Origin: a virus
IMG/VR virus record: IMGVR_UViG_3300037502_002145
Location: 1 to 64,000 of that record
Length of the DNA: 64,000 nt
Direction: 5' to 3' (one strand)
The position numbers were made by a program, and so were the translations under genes. Below are positions 40,538 through 49,365 of the stretch, one piece after another. Each line of letters starts with the position of its first letter. The first letter of the stretch is position 1. The notes beneath the pieces were generated by a model. It worked only from the letters and a program-made list of their open reading frames with translations, had not been told where the DNA came from and did no database searches.

Positions 40538-41637
40538 GTATCTTCCTCCTCATCGGAATCCGCATCGGCATTATAATCCTTAGGAAGAGTGATGAATTTT
40601 TCAATATTCTGTCTGTTATTCAAAGTAGTATCATTAGTAAATATACCATGTGGATCACCATATTGTTTTAAATATTCAGATACTTTGTCATCGTAAAACT
40701 TATAGACTTCTTCATATTCTACAGTCGGTAGTCCTTTTAATTTTCTTGCATAATTAATATAACAATAAATAATAAAATCTGCGGAATCATGAGGTTGATT
40801 TTTATACTTTGGTAAAACACTAATTACATCCGTAGCTTGTTCAATTGCTAACCCTAATTCGCTAAAACTATTAACACCTTTTTGCAGGTCTGCTTGTGTG
40901 AGCTGTTTAGGTGTCAGTTTTGCTTTATCTGCTGCGTCTTGTGCTGCCTTGCTCCACTTTTCAGCTTCTCCAACATTACCGGCGGCAGTTGCCAATTCTT
41001 CTTTAACTTTAAATCGTACATATGTAGCAAGAGCTTCTTGATGTAGGTTGGTTTGCATTGTGTAATTTACTTTTAATGTATCATACTTTTTCTTCATCAA
41101 TCGATATTCATTTTTTGTAAATCCTTCACCAAACAAATCCAGCAAATCGTCCGTAACAACAAAATCATCGACTTGCTTAACATAAACTTCTTCTTTATCT
41201 TTTTGTTTCTTTTCAGCAGTCGTGACAGCAGATGAAATGGAAGTTCCATTATCCAATAAAGCTATTGATTCTAAAAATGACATCTTCGAATATTGTGGAA
41301 GAGAGGCTATATTCTTCATATAATTGCCTACCAAGTCTTTACGACCTTTTCCAGTAGAAATAGCTGTATTAGTTTCTTCTATAGCACTATCAATTGCAAT
41401 GGGTACAAAAGGTTTATCCATTAACATTAACATATGTTTAAATCCTTCTATATTTAAGCTACCATCAGGATTTAATGATCCCTGTTTCACACAAGCCTTA
41501 CACACATTGACAGTCTTACCATCACTTGAAGTTGCTGGATTAGAAGCTATGTAGTAATTAGTGAGGTTTTTAACTTTTCTACAATTGGTACATTTCTTTT
41601 CGCCAACGGGTGGCTTTTGTCTTGCTTTTTGTGGCAA
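40534..41637 (-). CDS. Terminase small subunit (SPbeta-type, N-terminal zinc finger)
   Basis: CxxC...CKAC, 'MDKPF', 'FG.GF...EY'; directly upstream of terL. Confidence 0.7.
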   Translation of the reverse strand: MPQKARQKPPVGEKKCTNCRKVKNLTNYYIASNPATSSDGKTVNVCKACVKQGSLNPDGSLNIEGFKHMLMLMDKPFVPIAIDSAIEETNTAISTGKGRKDLVGNYMKNIASLPQYSKMSFLESIALLDNGTSISSAVTTAEKKQKDKEEVYVKQVDDFVVTDDLLDLFGEGFTKNEYRLMKKKYDTLKVNYTMQTNLHQEALATYVRFKVKEELATAAGNVGEAEKWSKAAQDAADKAKLTPKQLTQADLQKGVNSFSELGLAIEQATDVISVLPKYKNQPHDSADFIIYCYINYARKLKGLPTVEYEEVYKFYDDKVSEYLKQYGDPHGIFTNDTTLNNRQNIEKFITLPKDYNADADSDEEEDT

Positions 41638-41717
41638 TATAGACACCTCCTTATTTATATTTTTTACATAGAAAAAGCAACCGATATTTCACAGTTGCTT
41701 TTCGTTTTATGTATTAT

Positions 41718-42608
41718 TTAAGCACTCATACCAAATGGAAGAGTACTATCGTTTGTTTTGCTTTTCAGTTCTTCTACATATTTTCGTTTATTCTCTATTA
41801 TATCTTTTATATCTGAATCATCAACTAATTGTTTTGCATTTGGAAACATCGCTTCAAAATATTTAGACAACATAACGTGTCTTTGATATCTGTTATATCC
41901 CATATTTAAATAAGCTATATTTTGTTCTTGCAAACTCCTTATGTATTCATTATAAGTTTTATTGAGACTATCTCTTGTTATCTTGTCTTTGCAGTCTAAA
42001 TAGTGCCTTATTTCACTTGCAATCATACCAGTGCAAATCATGTTTATAGAATTTGATTCATATATCCTATCCCATTTATCAATATTTCTGTTTTGAGTTT
42101 TAACAAGATAATCGTCTAATGCTTTACACATTCTATTGAATCCTTCTTTTTCAGGATTTCTAGTTTCTTCCCATTTAATATTGTTAATAATAGCTTCTTC
42201 CATATAAATGAAATATTTTCTTGCTATTTTACTATTTTCTTTTAGTTTGTGTGATGTACGCCCACCTTTTATACCAGATACCATGGCTATTTCTTTAGCT
42301 GTAGAAATTTTTATATTATAATCTATAGTAGGTCTTCCACCAACTGGTGAGGTTTTCCCCTTTGAAGGGGAATCGATAATATAGTCAATAAACTCTTCTA
42401 AATACATATCTTCAATTTGTTGTTTTATCCATGTTGAAAAATCTCTACCAACACCCAATTGTTCATGTAGTTTCCTAGCATCAACCCAAGTATCATTATC
42501 TTCTAGTAAAATTGGTAATCTTTTTTGGTACTCCAATATTAATTGTGTCTTTTCTGCATTAAATCCTAATTGTTCTTGTAGCTGTTTTCTTGTAAATTTT
42601 TTAATCAT
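41718..42608 (-). CDS. AntA/AntB antirepressor-family protein
   Basis: 'VDARKLHEQL.V.RDFSTWIK', 'GGRP.IDY.I....AKEIAM', 'ARKYFI..E'. Confidence 0.85.
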   Translation of the reverse strand: MIKKFTRKQLQEQLGFNAEKTQLILEYQKRLPILLEDNDTWVDARKLHEQLGVGRDFSTWIKQQIEDMYLEEFIDYIIDSPSKGKTSPVGGRPTIDYNIKISTAKEIAMVSGIKGGRTSHKLKENSKIARKYFIYMEEAIINNIKWEETRNPEKEGFNRMCKALDDYLVKTQNRNIDKWDRIYESNSINMICTGMIASEIRHYLDCKDKITRDSLNKTYNEYIRSLQEQNIAYLNMGYNRYQRHVMLSKYFEAMFPNAKQLVDDSDIKDIIENKRKYVEELKSKTNDSTLPFGMSA

Positions 42609-42928
42609 TTAACATCTCCTTTACTTTATTTTTGGTTAATAGTAAAGGAGAATAGTCTTATTAGTGTCATCACGACATGTGCTATTCTCCAACATAGGAT
42701 TCAACATTTCGTTTTATCCATAGTCAAAGATGGCGAGTAATTATCTCGCAAATCTAAGTATGAGCCGTTGGTACATAATCCAACAATTAGTCACTCATTT
42801 GCATTTACTCTCACCAATGCTGTATTCTCTGTACGTGTACTTTTGCACACAAAAAGAGCCATACGCTTTGACACGTACCGCCCCTGATTTGAATAGAATT
42901 ATCCTTTTATAGTATTATATTAATGTCG

Positions 42929-43384
42929 TTATACATTACCTAATGAGAAAATATCAATCTCACTATCACTTTCCATTTGATGTACAATTAGCTCATCATC
43001 GCATTCTACGTCAATATAACAATGATGTTCACCAAAATATTTATAACAACTATCTTCATCCATTGCTTTTTCAATTGACAAGATAATATGTGGAACATCA
43101 AATTGCTCCATATAAATTGTAATTGCATATTCTTTAGCATAGTCAACTTTATCTAAGTCTACTTTTTCAACATCAAAACAAACTTCATCAACGTTACGTA
43201 AAGATAAGAATGTCTCCAATATATTTTCAGCTAAATATTCGCCACCAAAAATAACAACAGAAGAGTATTCTCCGTCACGCATTTTATTTATGTATCTCAA
43301 TGTATCGAGTGCATCCTCTAAAAGGCAACTGTCACAACAAAAATCGATTACTTCGTATTCTGCTAGTAAATCCATATTCACCAC
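42929..43384 (-). CDS. Acidic hypothetical protein
   Basis: ORF with coding-like composition in the late operon. Confidence 0.6.
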   Translation of the reverse strand: MVNMDLLAEYEVIDFCCDSCLLEDALDTLRYINKMRDGEYSSVVIFGGEYLAENILETFLSLRNVDEVCFDVEKVDLDKVDYAKEYAITIYMEQFDVPHIILSIEKAMDEDSCYKYFGEHHCYIDVECDDELIVHQMESDSEIDIFSLGNV

Positions 43385-43409
43385 TTTCTTGCATAATTAT
43401 GCATGTTTA

Positions 43410-44633
43410 TTAATTTAAAACTATTTTATAAGTTTCTGTATGACCGTTATAATAGTCGAATCCAAATATCTTACAAGCCGCTTTAGAGCCTCTCATAATT
43501 GAATCACTATAAGGATCGCTACCTATAAAGGAAGGGCACACTAATACTTCTGAATCACCAACAATAGATTCTCCAACAACTGTTTCAGAACCACCATGAA
43601 AATGAGCTAAGAAGATGAAGTCATAGAACTTTCTATGTAATTGACTTAAGTTCTTTAATGAATTTTTAATATCTCTTATTTGATGACCGTGTAATGCAGC
43701 ACACTCAAAATCTAGTATCGGAATATTAATATATTGCTTACCAATATTTAAATTTATTGTCACTCTATCATTACTAGCAAGAACATCTTTAATGTAGTTT
43801 GATATAACATATTCAACATCTTCAGAAACAATTTCACTTGCTTTTGTACCTAATGGTCTTGTTTGGCTATGATTGGATGTAGGTACATGATAATAATCGA
43901 TGTAACAATAAGCAGATAACTCATTTAGAAATTGAGATATTACCCTTGAAATAAACACTGTAGCCTCTACAACACTTGACTCATTTAGTTTTAAATCAGA
44001 AACTCGTAATAAACCTTGAATTGTATCACCCATTTCCACGATTTTTAACTTCGATATTCCCTTGTCTTGTACGAACTTTATTGTATCTCCTAGTAACCTA
44101 TCAAACCTATCTTTGCATATATCAAGTGAATATTGATTATTTTCACTAACAAAATTTGCTCCGGCGTGAATATCAGCAATAGTTAGAACATACTCTTTTA
44201 TTTCTTCTAATTCACATGATACAGGATATAACTCTGGAAGTGGAAGAGTAGTGATAGCATCTTTAACATTTTCATAAAACAACTCAAATCTGCTTTGTTG
44301 TCTTATATTTCTTGTATATTCAACCTTTGTAGCATTCAGTTTTTGACGTTCTTTTTCTAATTCTAATTTCTTTAATTCAATTTCTTTTATGTAAGAATCT
44401 TCTGATACATTAGACTCTTTATCACGGTTTACTATGTCAAGTGTCTGTTTACTTCCGTAAAACTCTCTACGAGCTACATCAGAACTTAATCTTTGACCAT
44501 ATGCAACTTCTGATAAATCTGTATAATCTTCATCTGATAATGTTTTATCAACTAATTTTCCATATATAATTCTTTTATGGTGTTCTAGTTCAGTTTCATT
44601 TTCTCTTCTTAATAACTCTGGATTAATAATCAC
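43410..44633 (-). CDS. Calcineurin-like metallophosphoesterase
   Basis: DIH, GD, SNH, HGH and HFH metal-binding motifs. Confidence 0.88.
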   Translation of the reverse strand: MIINPELLRRENETELEHHKRIIYGKLVDKTLSDEDYTDLSEVAYGQRLSSDVARREFYGSKQTLDIVNRDKESNVSEDSYIKEIELKKLELEKERQKLNATKVEYTRNIRQQSRFELFYENVKDAITTLPLPELYPVSCELEEIKEYVLTIADIHAGANFVSENNQYSLDICKDRFDRLLGDTIKFVQDKGISKLKIVEMGDTIQGLLRVSDLKLNESSVVEATVFISRVISQFLNELSAYCYIDYYHVPTSNHSQTRPLGTKASEIVSEDVEYVISNYIKDVLASNDRVTINLNIGKQYINIPILDFECAALHGHQIRDIKNSLKNLSQLHRKFYDFIFLAHFHGGSETVVGESIVGDSEVLVCPSFIGSDPYSDSIMRGSKAACKIFGFDYYNGHTETYKIVLN

Positions 44634-44647
44634 CAGTCCCTTCTTTA

Positions 44648-44833
44648 TTAAATTTCAATTTCTTCTCTTACCTGAACAGCGAGAGATATATTTGCCCCGT
44701 TAAAGTCCTTTAATAGCTCAAGTAAATTCTTTGTTTCACCCTCAACTTCAATTGTTCCGTTATCTGTATCAATAAGACCAACTGCTGATAATTTAGTAAC
44801 AGTGGTTCTTGTATATTTGAATTCTTTAGACAT
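44648..44833 (-). CDS. YonK-like small protein
   Basis: 'G.ID...IEVE......L.ELLKDFNG..ISL.V..E'. Confidence 0.55.
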   Translation of the reverse strand: MSKEFKYTRTTVTKLSAVGLIDTDNGTIEVEGETKNLLELLKDFNGANISLAVQVREEIEI

Positions 44834-44926
44834 TTAAAATTCCTCCATAAATTTGTTGACTTTAGCTAGATTATGTGGTAATGTTATGTTGGATAAATAG
44901 ACTTTGAATTTGATAAAAATAAAAAA

Positions 44927-45220
44927 TTAACGATGAAATCCCATTTTGATTTTACTTTTCTTTTTATCCTCAAAATCATCATCCTCAATATAATCATATT
45001 CATCATCACCATTGTACACAAAACCCATAGCCTGAGTTGATATTTCCTCTTGTTGTGCTTGTAAATCCAATAACTCTTTATTTACTTTTAATACTGGTTT
45101 ACTTACTAATCCTTTTACATATTCCAATGAAGTAACAATAACTTCACATAATTGTTCTACCAACGGAATAAAAAGTAGTATGGTAAGCATACCTAATATA
45201 AATGATTTTAAATTTTTCAA
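44927..45220 (-). CDS. Hypothetical membrane-anchored protein
   Basis: N-terminal hydrophobic segment, 'MGF' repeats, acidic tail. Confidence 0.55.
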   Translation of the reverse strand: MKNLKSFILGMLTILLFIPLVEQLCEVIVTSLEYVKGLVSKPVLKVNKELLDLQAQQEEISTQAMGFVYNGDDEYDYIEDDDFEDKKKSKIKMGFHR

Positions 45221-45248
45221 TAGGAGAGTACCTCCGTTTTCTTAATAT

Positions 45249-46232
45249 TTACTCGTTTGAGCATAATAAAAGAGAGTCTTGTCGGCTCTCAATATCGATT
45301 TCAATTATTTTTTGTTGTTCTGGATTATACCTAAAATCTCCGTATTCATCAATCTCTAATTGCTGTCTAAATTTAATAGCATCTATAAAATTATCAAAAC
45401 TACCCCTAAACTTTTTTAAAATATATACGTCATACCTATTATCATTAATTTTATATATTCCCACTGGATTATCTGGTGTACAATAGGATTGTCGTTTGTT
45501 TCTGGCATTTTCAACATCAGTTGCTATTCTTAAATTAGACTTTCTACAATCATACCTAACTAAATTTTTATGATCAACATTAACATTTTCTCTGTCTTCA
45601 ATATTCATCACTACACGATGCATTCTAATGATTTTGGTTGTATATTTATCATCCTTTAAAGAATGTGCTGTTACATATTTACCATCATACCACCATGAAT
45701 AATTTTTGATTTTATAATAATCTTCTTTATCGAAGAAAAAGTGTGTTCCATTATCGCAGTAACCAACACCATATTCATAAGTATTTAGATCGTAAGTGTT
45801 ATAATTTTTAGAAGCTTCTCCCCTTGTTTCTATGTAAATACATCCGCAAGATTTAGTTTCACCGCTTCTTAATGTTTCACCACAAACAGTATGATTGTTT
45901 CCACAATCACAAATACAGTCGTACATTAATTTTTGTCTTTTTCCTGATTTTTGTTTTGATTCTTTTATAACCGTTAATCTACCAAAGCGCTTTCCTATCA
46001 TGTCAACTTTTTTAAAAGTTTTTTTAAGTTTTGCGTTGTTTTCTTTTCTTATACAGCCACAACTTTCTGTTTTATTTGTTTTTCTTAAAAGAGATTGAGC
46101 TGCTACACTTACTTTATTTCCACAATCACATTTACACATCCAGTATGTTCTTACATTAGATTTTGGATTATCGAAATCTCGATATAACACTTCAAGCCTT
46201 CCAAACTTTTTCCCAGTTAAGTCTTTAAACAT
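45249..46232 (-). CDS. HNH/AP2 homing endonuclease
   Basis: Two 'G.KFGRL.V...C.CDCGN...SCGC' repeats; 'VDHKN..R.DCRKSNLR..T..EN..N'. Confidence 0.9.
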   Translation of the reverse strand: MFKDLTGKKFGRLEVLYRDFDNPKSNVRTYWMCKCDCGNKVSVAAQSLLRKTNKTESCGCIRKENNAKLKKTFKKVDMIGKRFGRLTVIKESKQKSGKRQKLMYDCICDCGNNHTVCGETLRSGETKSCGCIYIETRGEASKNYNTYDLNTYEYGVGYCDNGTHFFFDKEDYYKIKNYSWWYDGKYVTAHSLKDDKYTTKIIRMHRVVMNIEDRENVNVDHKNLVRYDCRKSNLRIATDVENARNKRQSYCTPDNPVGIYKINDNRYDVYILKKFRGSFDNFIDAIKFRQQLEIDEYGDFRYNPEQQKIIEIDIESRQDSLLLCSNE

Positions 46233-46257
46233 ATTATCACCTATAATTTAACCTTTC

Positions 46258-46431
46258 TTATTTTTGTGCATAAAAAATCTCCAAAGCACGAAACAACTCA
46301 GGAGTTTTTGCATACTTATATGTATTTACTTCATTCAACACTTTTACAAAGTTATATCTAATACCCACACTTTCAAGATATTTCATTTCGGGTGTGTATT
46401 GCGTTGAGTATTCTTTGTCAAATTTTTTAAT
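46258..46431 (-). CDS. Second DUF5659-like protein, ATT start
   Basis: GAGGTG RBS then IKKFDKEYSTQYTPEMKYLESVGIRYNFVK...YKYAKTPELFRALEIFY; missed by ORF track. Confidence 0.6.
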   Translation of the reverse strand: MKKFDKEYSTQYTPEMKYLESVGIRYNFVKVLNEVNTYKYAKTPELFRALEIFYAQK

Positions 46432-46441
46432 ATTATCACCT

Positions 46442-47671
46442 CTAATCCAATAAGTCAGCTAATGCAGCCGTTTCGCTACGTTCAGTTTTTATTAATTTAA
46501 CATATCCAAATTTTTCATGTCCTTTTAGTTTATTAACGGTTTCAAGCAAGCCATTATTACTTTCGAAGATATAAGTATCGGTTTGTTTAAAGTCGCCGTT
46601 TAACCAAAGAGCAGATCCTTCTCCAATACGACCAATAAGCAGCTGTACATGTTCTTTAGTCATGTTTTCAGCTTCACTACATATGATTATTGTATTCTTA
46701 TAATCTCTACCTCGTATAAAGCCTAGATGTTCAATTTCTATTTTTCCTTGCATCATAAACATGTCAAGACCATCTTTGCCACCTAAATGATCAGCCATAA
46801 TCATAGCAAAAGGTAATAATTTATCGTGCATACTTCCGGGCAAAAAGCCAATTGATTTAGTATTTTTTACTTCTATGGTATTTCTTACCCACAGTATTTT
46901 GTCATATTTACCTTGCTTTATTAATTCTAATGCATTAGATATCATTAAATAATCTTTACCTGTTCCATATTTACCGGTAAGAACTTTAATTGTCTCATTT
47001 TTATTTTGTAACATATCAAACGCTATTACTTGCTGTTCATTTCTTGGTTTAATACGACCACTAAAATCACTATTTATTTGTTTGTAAGATAGAGTGGTGT
47101 ATTTTTCTCCATCCCACCTACGCCTATCAGTTACTTCGTTTTTACTATTTTTAATAATTAAATACTCATTTAGAAGGCTGTTATATAAATTTTTATCTAT
47201 ATTGTTGTAGAAATAATTCATTTCATCATCAGACAAAATTACTTCTTTGTATCCAGCATATTCCTCTGTATTTTTTATATCTAAATCGTTAATTCCCTTA
47301 ACTTTTAAGCCGAAAATTTCTTTTGCGATGCACTTACAATTAATATCATCACTTACAAAAATTATTTGCTCTTTATCTTTATTCCACAAATATGCAGTTG
47401 CTATTATTATATTATCTGGGGATACATCGAGATTGAATGATTTTATAACATCGAAAATATCATTCGTAACTATTGAAACATTGTATTTGTCATTTTCATC
47501 TAGTAGATGTGATAACTTTCTTGCCTTGAATTTAACGTCTTCACTTTTTGTACCCGATGACTTAATTGACTCAATTTCTTGAAGCGTTTTGCTTGATATT
47601 ACAAATTCTTCATTAAATGCCTTATCTAATAGATTTAACAAGGCGTTTGTATCATAAAATAATTTAAAGAT
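46442..47671 (-). CDS. PIN-domain PhoH-family ATPase (PhoH2-like)
   Basis: PIN 'FYDTNAL', 'DN.II', 'SDD'; Walker A 'GKYGTGKD', 'IGFLPG', 'IRGRD', 'EAEN'; frame extends to an ATC start. Confidence 0.88.
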   Translation of the reverse strand: MFKLFYDTNALLNLLDKAFNEEFVISSKTLQEIESIKSSGTKSEDVKFKARKLSHLLDENDKYNVSIVTNDIFDVIKSFNLDVSPDNIIIATAYLWNKDKEQIIFVSDDINCKCIAKEIFGLKVKGINDLDIKNTEEYAGYKEVILSDDEMNYFYNNIDKNLYNSLLNEYLIIKNSKNEVTDRRRWDGEKYTTLSYKQINSDFSGRIKPRNEQQVIAFDMLQNKNETIKVLTGKYGTGKDYLMISNALELIKQGKYDKILWVRNTIEVKNTKSIGFLPGSMHDKLLPFAMIMADHLGGKDGLDMFMMQGKIEIEHLGFIRGRDYKNTIIICSEAENMTKEHVQLLIGRIGEGSALWLNGDFKQTDTYIFESNNGLLETVNKLKGHEKFGYVKLIKTERSETAALADLLD

Positions 47672-47703
47672 AGTAATAACCCTCTTTCCATAATGTATTT
47701 TTG

Positions 47704-47865
47704 TTATTTAACTATGATTGATTTTCTGTACTTCTCTAAAAACTGTAATACACTTTGTTTCTCTACCACCAGTTTACGATGATATGTTCCGTGGCCACAT
47801 ATAACATATTTAGCCATACCATTTGATCTTAAAACTTCTGCTTCTTTGTCTGTAATAGGTTTTAT
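47704..47865 (-). CDS. Small conserved-type phage protein, ATA start
   Basis: AAGGA RBS then IKPITDKEAEVLRSNGMAKYV...VVEKQSVLQFLEKYRKS. Confidence 0.45.
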   Translation of the reverse strand: MKPITDKEAEVLRSNGMAKYVICGHGTYHRKLVVEKQSVLQFLEKYRKSIIVK

Positions 47866-47911
47866 AAATTATTCCTTCTTTCTTTTTAAATTTTCTCACG
47901 ATAGGAGAGAG

Positions 47912-47995
47912 CGGAAGATGAGGGAATTGAACCCCCAGTACTGTTACGTATCACTAGATTTCAAGTCTAGCTCCTTACCATTAGGATAACCTTCC
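47912..47995 (-). tRNA. tRNA-Ser (anticodon UGA)
   Basis: GGAAGGT/ATCTTCC acceptor, TCCT-AATGGTA-AGGA D arm, CTAGA-CTTGAAA-TCTAG anticodon arm, long variable arm, GGGGG-TTCAATT-CCCTC T arm, G discriminator, no encoded CCA. Confidence 0.93.
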
Positions 47996-48407
47996 ATAAT
48001 AAAAAGACTCCCATTTCTGAGAGTCCTTATTGTTGGGATTTCACTCCCTAATTGCACTATGTTGAGATTTCAGTCTCGATTCTTTGTTTAAAAACCGGTA
48101 AATGCATTACATAAACCGTGGTCTTATTCTACACATGGTAGAAAAGATAATATCTTAACTGTAAGTCCGGAGAGCATTACAGTGTGATCCGCTTTTATTG
48201 CAGTGAGCATGTTGTATTTAGCACCACACCCACTGCGAGAGGAGAGTATATGAAAATCTTATGTAGACTTGAAGTTGAATGAAAGAGATGTTTTATAGTT
48301 TTATATTAATATTCTATATCATAAGTTAAGAAAAAATATAATGCGTGTAAACCCAGTAAAATCAAGGGTTATAGCGATTTTAACTTTTTAAAACAACTGA
48401 CCACAAA

Positions 48408-49364
48408 TTATTGATTTTCACGTATTTTACGCATAGTTTCTGTTTTTTTCTTTCTGCGATATGTCTTATAACATTCATCACATCTTGTTTTTGTCATGTT
48501 TCTTGCATCTACTTCAACTTTTACACCACAATCAGTGCATTGTATCTCTTTGGTTTCAATAGGAATATAATATTGTTTATGCTCACTGCAATATAATATA
48601 TCATGTTTCGTTTGTTTAAATGGTTGATTACAGTGCTTACATAGTTTTATATTAATTACATTGCTGTAAAAATCATAGTACCAGCCTATATTATCAAAGT
48701 TTTTAATAGTTATACAGACGTTACAATCATTGCCTGTCTTGCTTTCTTTTAAATTATTCAAATCATCCATGAAATTTAGTTTAATTAAACCATTGAACAA
48801 TACAGTAATTATCCCTGACTGCCCAAGTGAGTATATTATATCATCATTAATTTTAATTTTATCATTAATTTTTGATGCTTTTTTTAGATCATTATATTTT
48901 TTATTTCCGCCTTTAAAATATAACCCTTTTGATTCTTCACCGTTTTTTTGTTTACTTATATGTTTATTTAATTTCATTAGACACAATAAAGTAAAAACTA
49001 CTTTTTTGCAATCGTAACTAAATTTTACAATTTCACCATCTTCGTTACATATCTGCAAAGTATCAATATAAGCAAGTTCATAATCATAAACAGTAATTTC
49101 ATCAACCTTTATTAATGCGCTACCTTTTTTGCAGGCTTGATTTATTGCTCTGTTTATAATCTTATAGTGCTTAACTTTATTATATTCAGGTATGTATTTA
49201 CTACAAAAGTTATACATGACCTCTCTCAAGTCTTTTGGTTTATAATTTAAATATCTACGTAAGTATGTAGCAACCAATCTTAATTCTGTTACAATGTGTT
49301 TAGTTTGAAACCCATTTTCGTATATCGTCTTTGCATACTCTAATTCGTTATATTTGTAGTTCAT
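48408..49364 (-). CDS. RNAP-linked protein with C-terminal zinc fingers
   Basis: Starts 1 nt after the RNAP stop; C-terminal CxxC/CxxH/CxxC/CxxC. Confidence 0.7.
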   Translation of the reverse strand: MNYKYNELEYAKTIYENGFQTKHIVTELRLVATYLRRYLNYKPKDLREVMYNFCSKYIPEYNKVKHYKIINRAINQACKKGSALIKVDEITVYDYELAYIDTLQICNEDGEIVKFSYDCKKVVFTLLCLMKLNKHISKQKNGEESKGLYFKGGNKKYNDLKKASKINDKIKINDDIIYSLGQSGIITVLFNGLIKLNFMDDLNNLKESKTGNDCNVCITIKNFDNIGWYYDFYSNVINIKLCKHCNQPFKQTKHDILYCSEHKQYYIPIETKEIQCTDCGVKVEVDARNMTKTRCDECYKTYRRKKKTETMRKIRENQ

Positions 49365-49365
49365 T

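Noticed and set aside
47912-47995. tRNA as opal suppressor or selenocysteine tRNA
   Set aside because: Anticodon reads UGA 5'-3' and decodes UCA (Ser); a suppressor/Sec tRNA would have UCA. Genes end normally at TGA/TAA/TAG, so there is no sign of recoding
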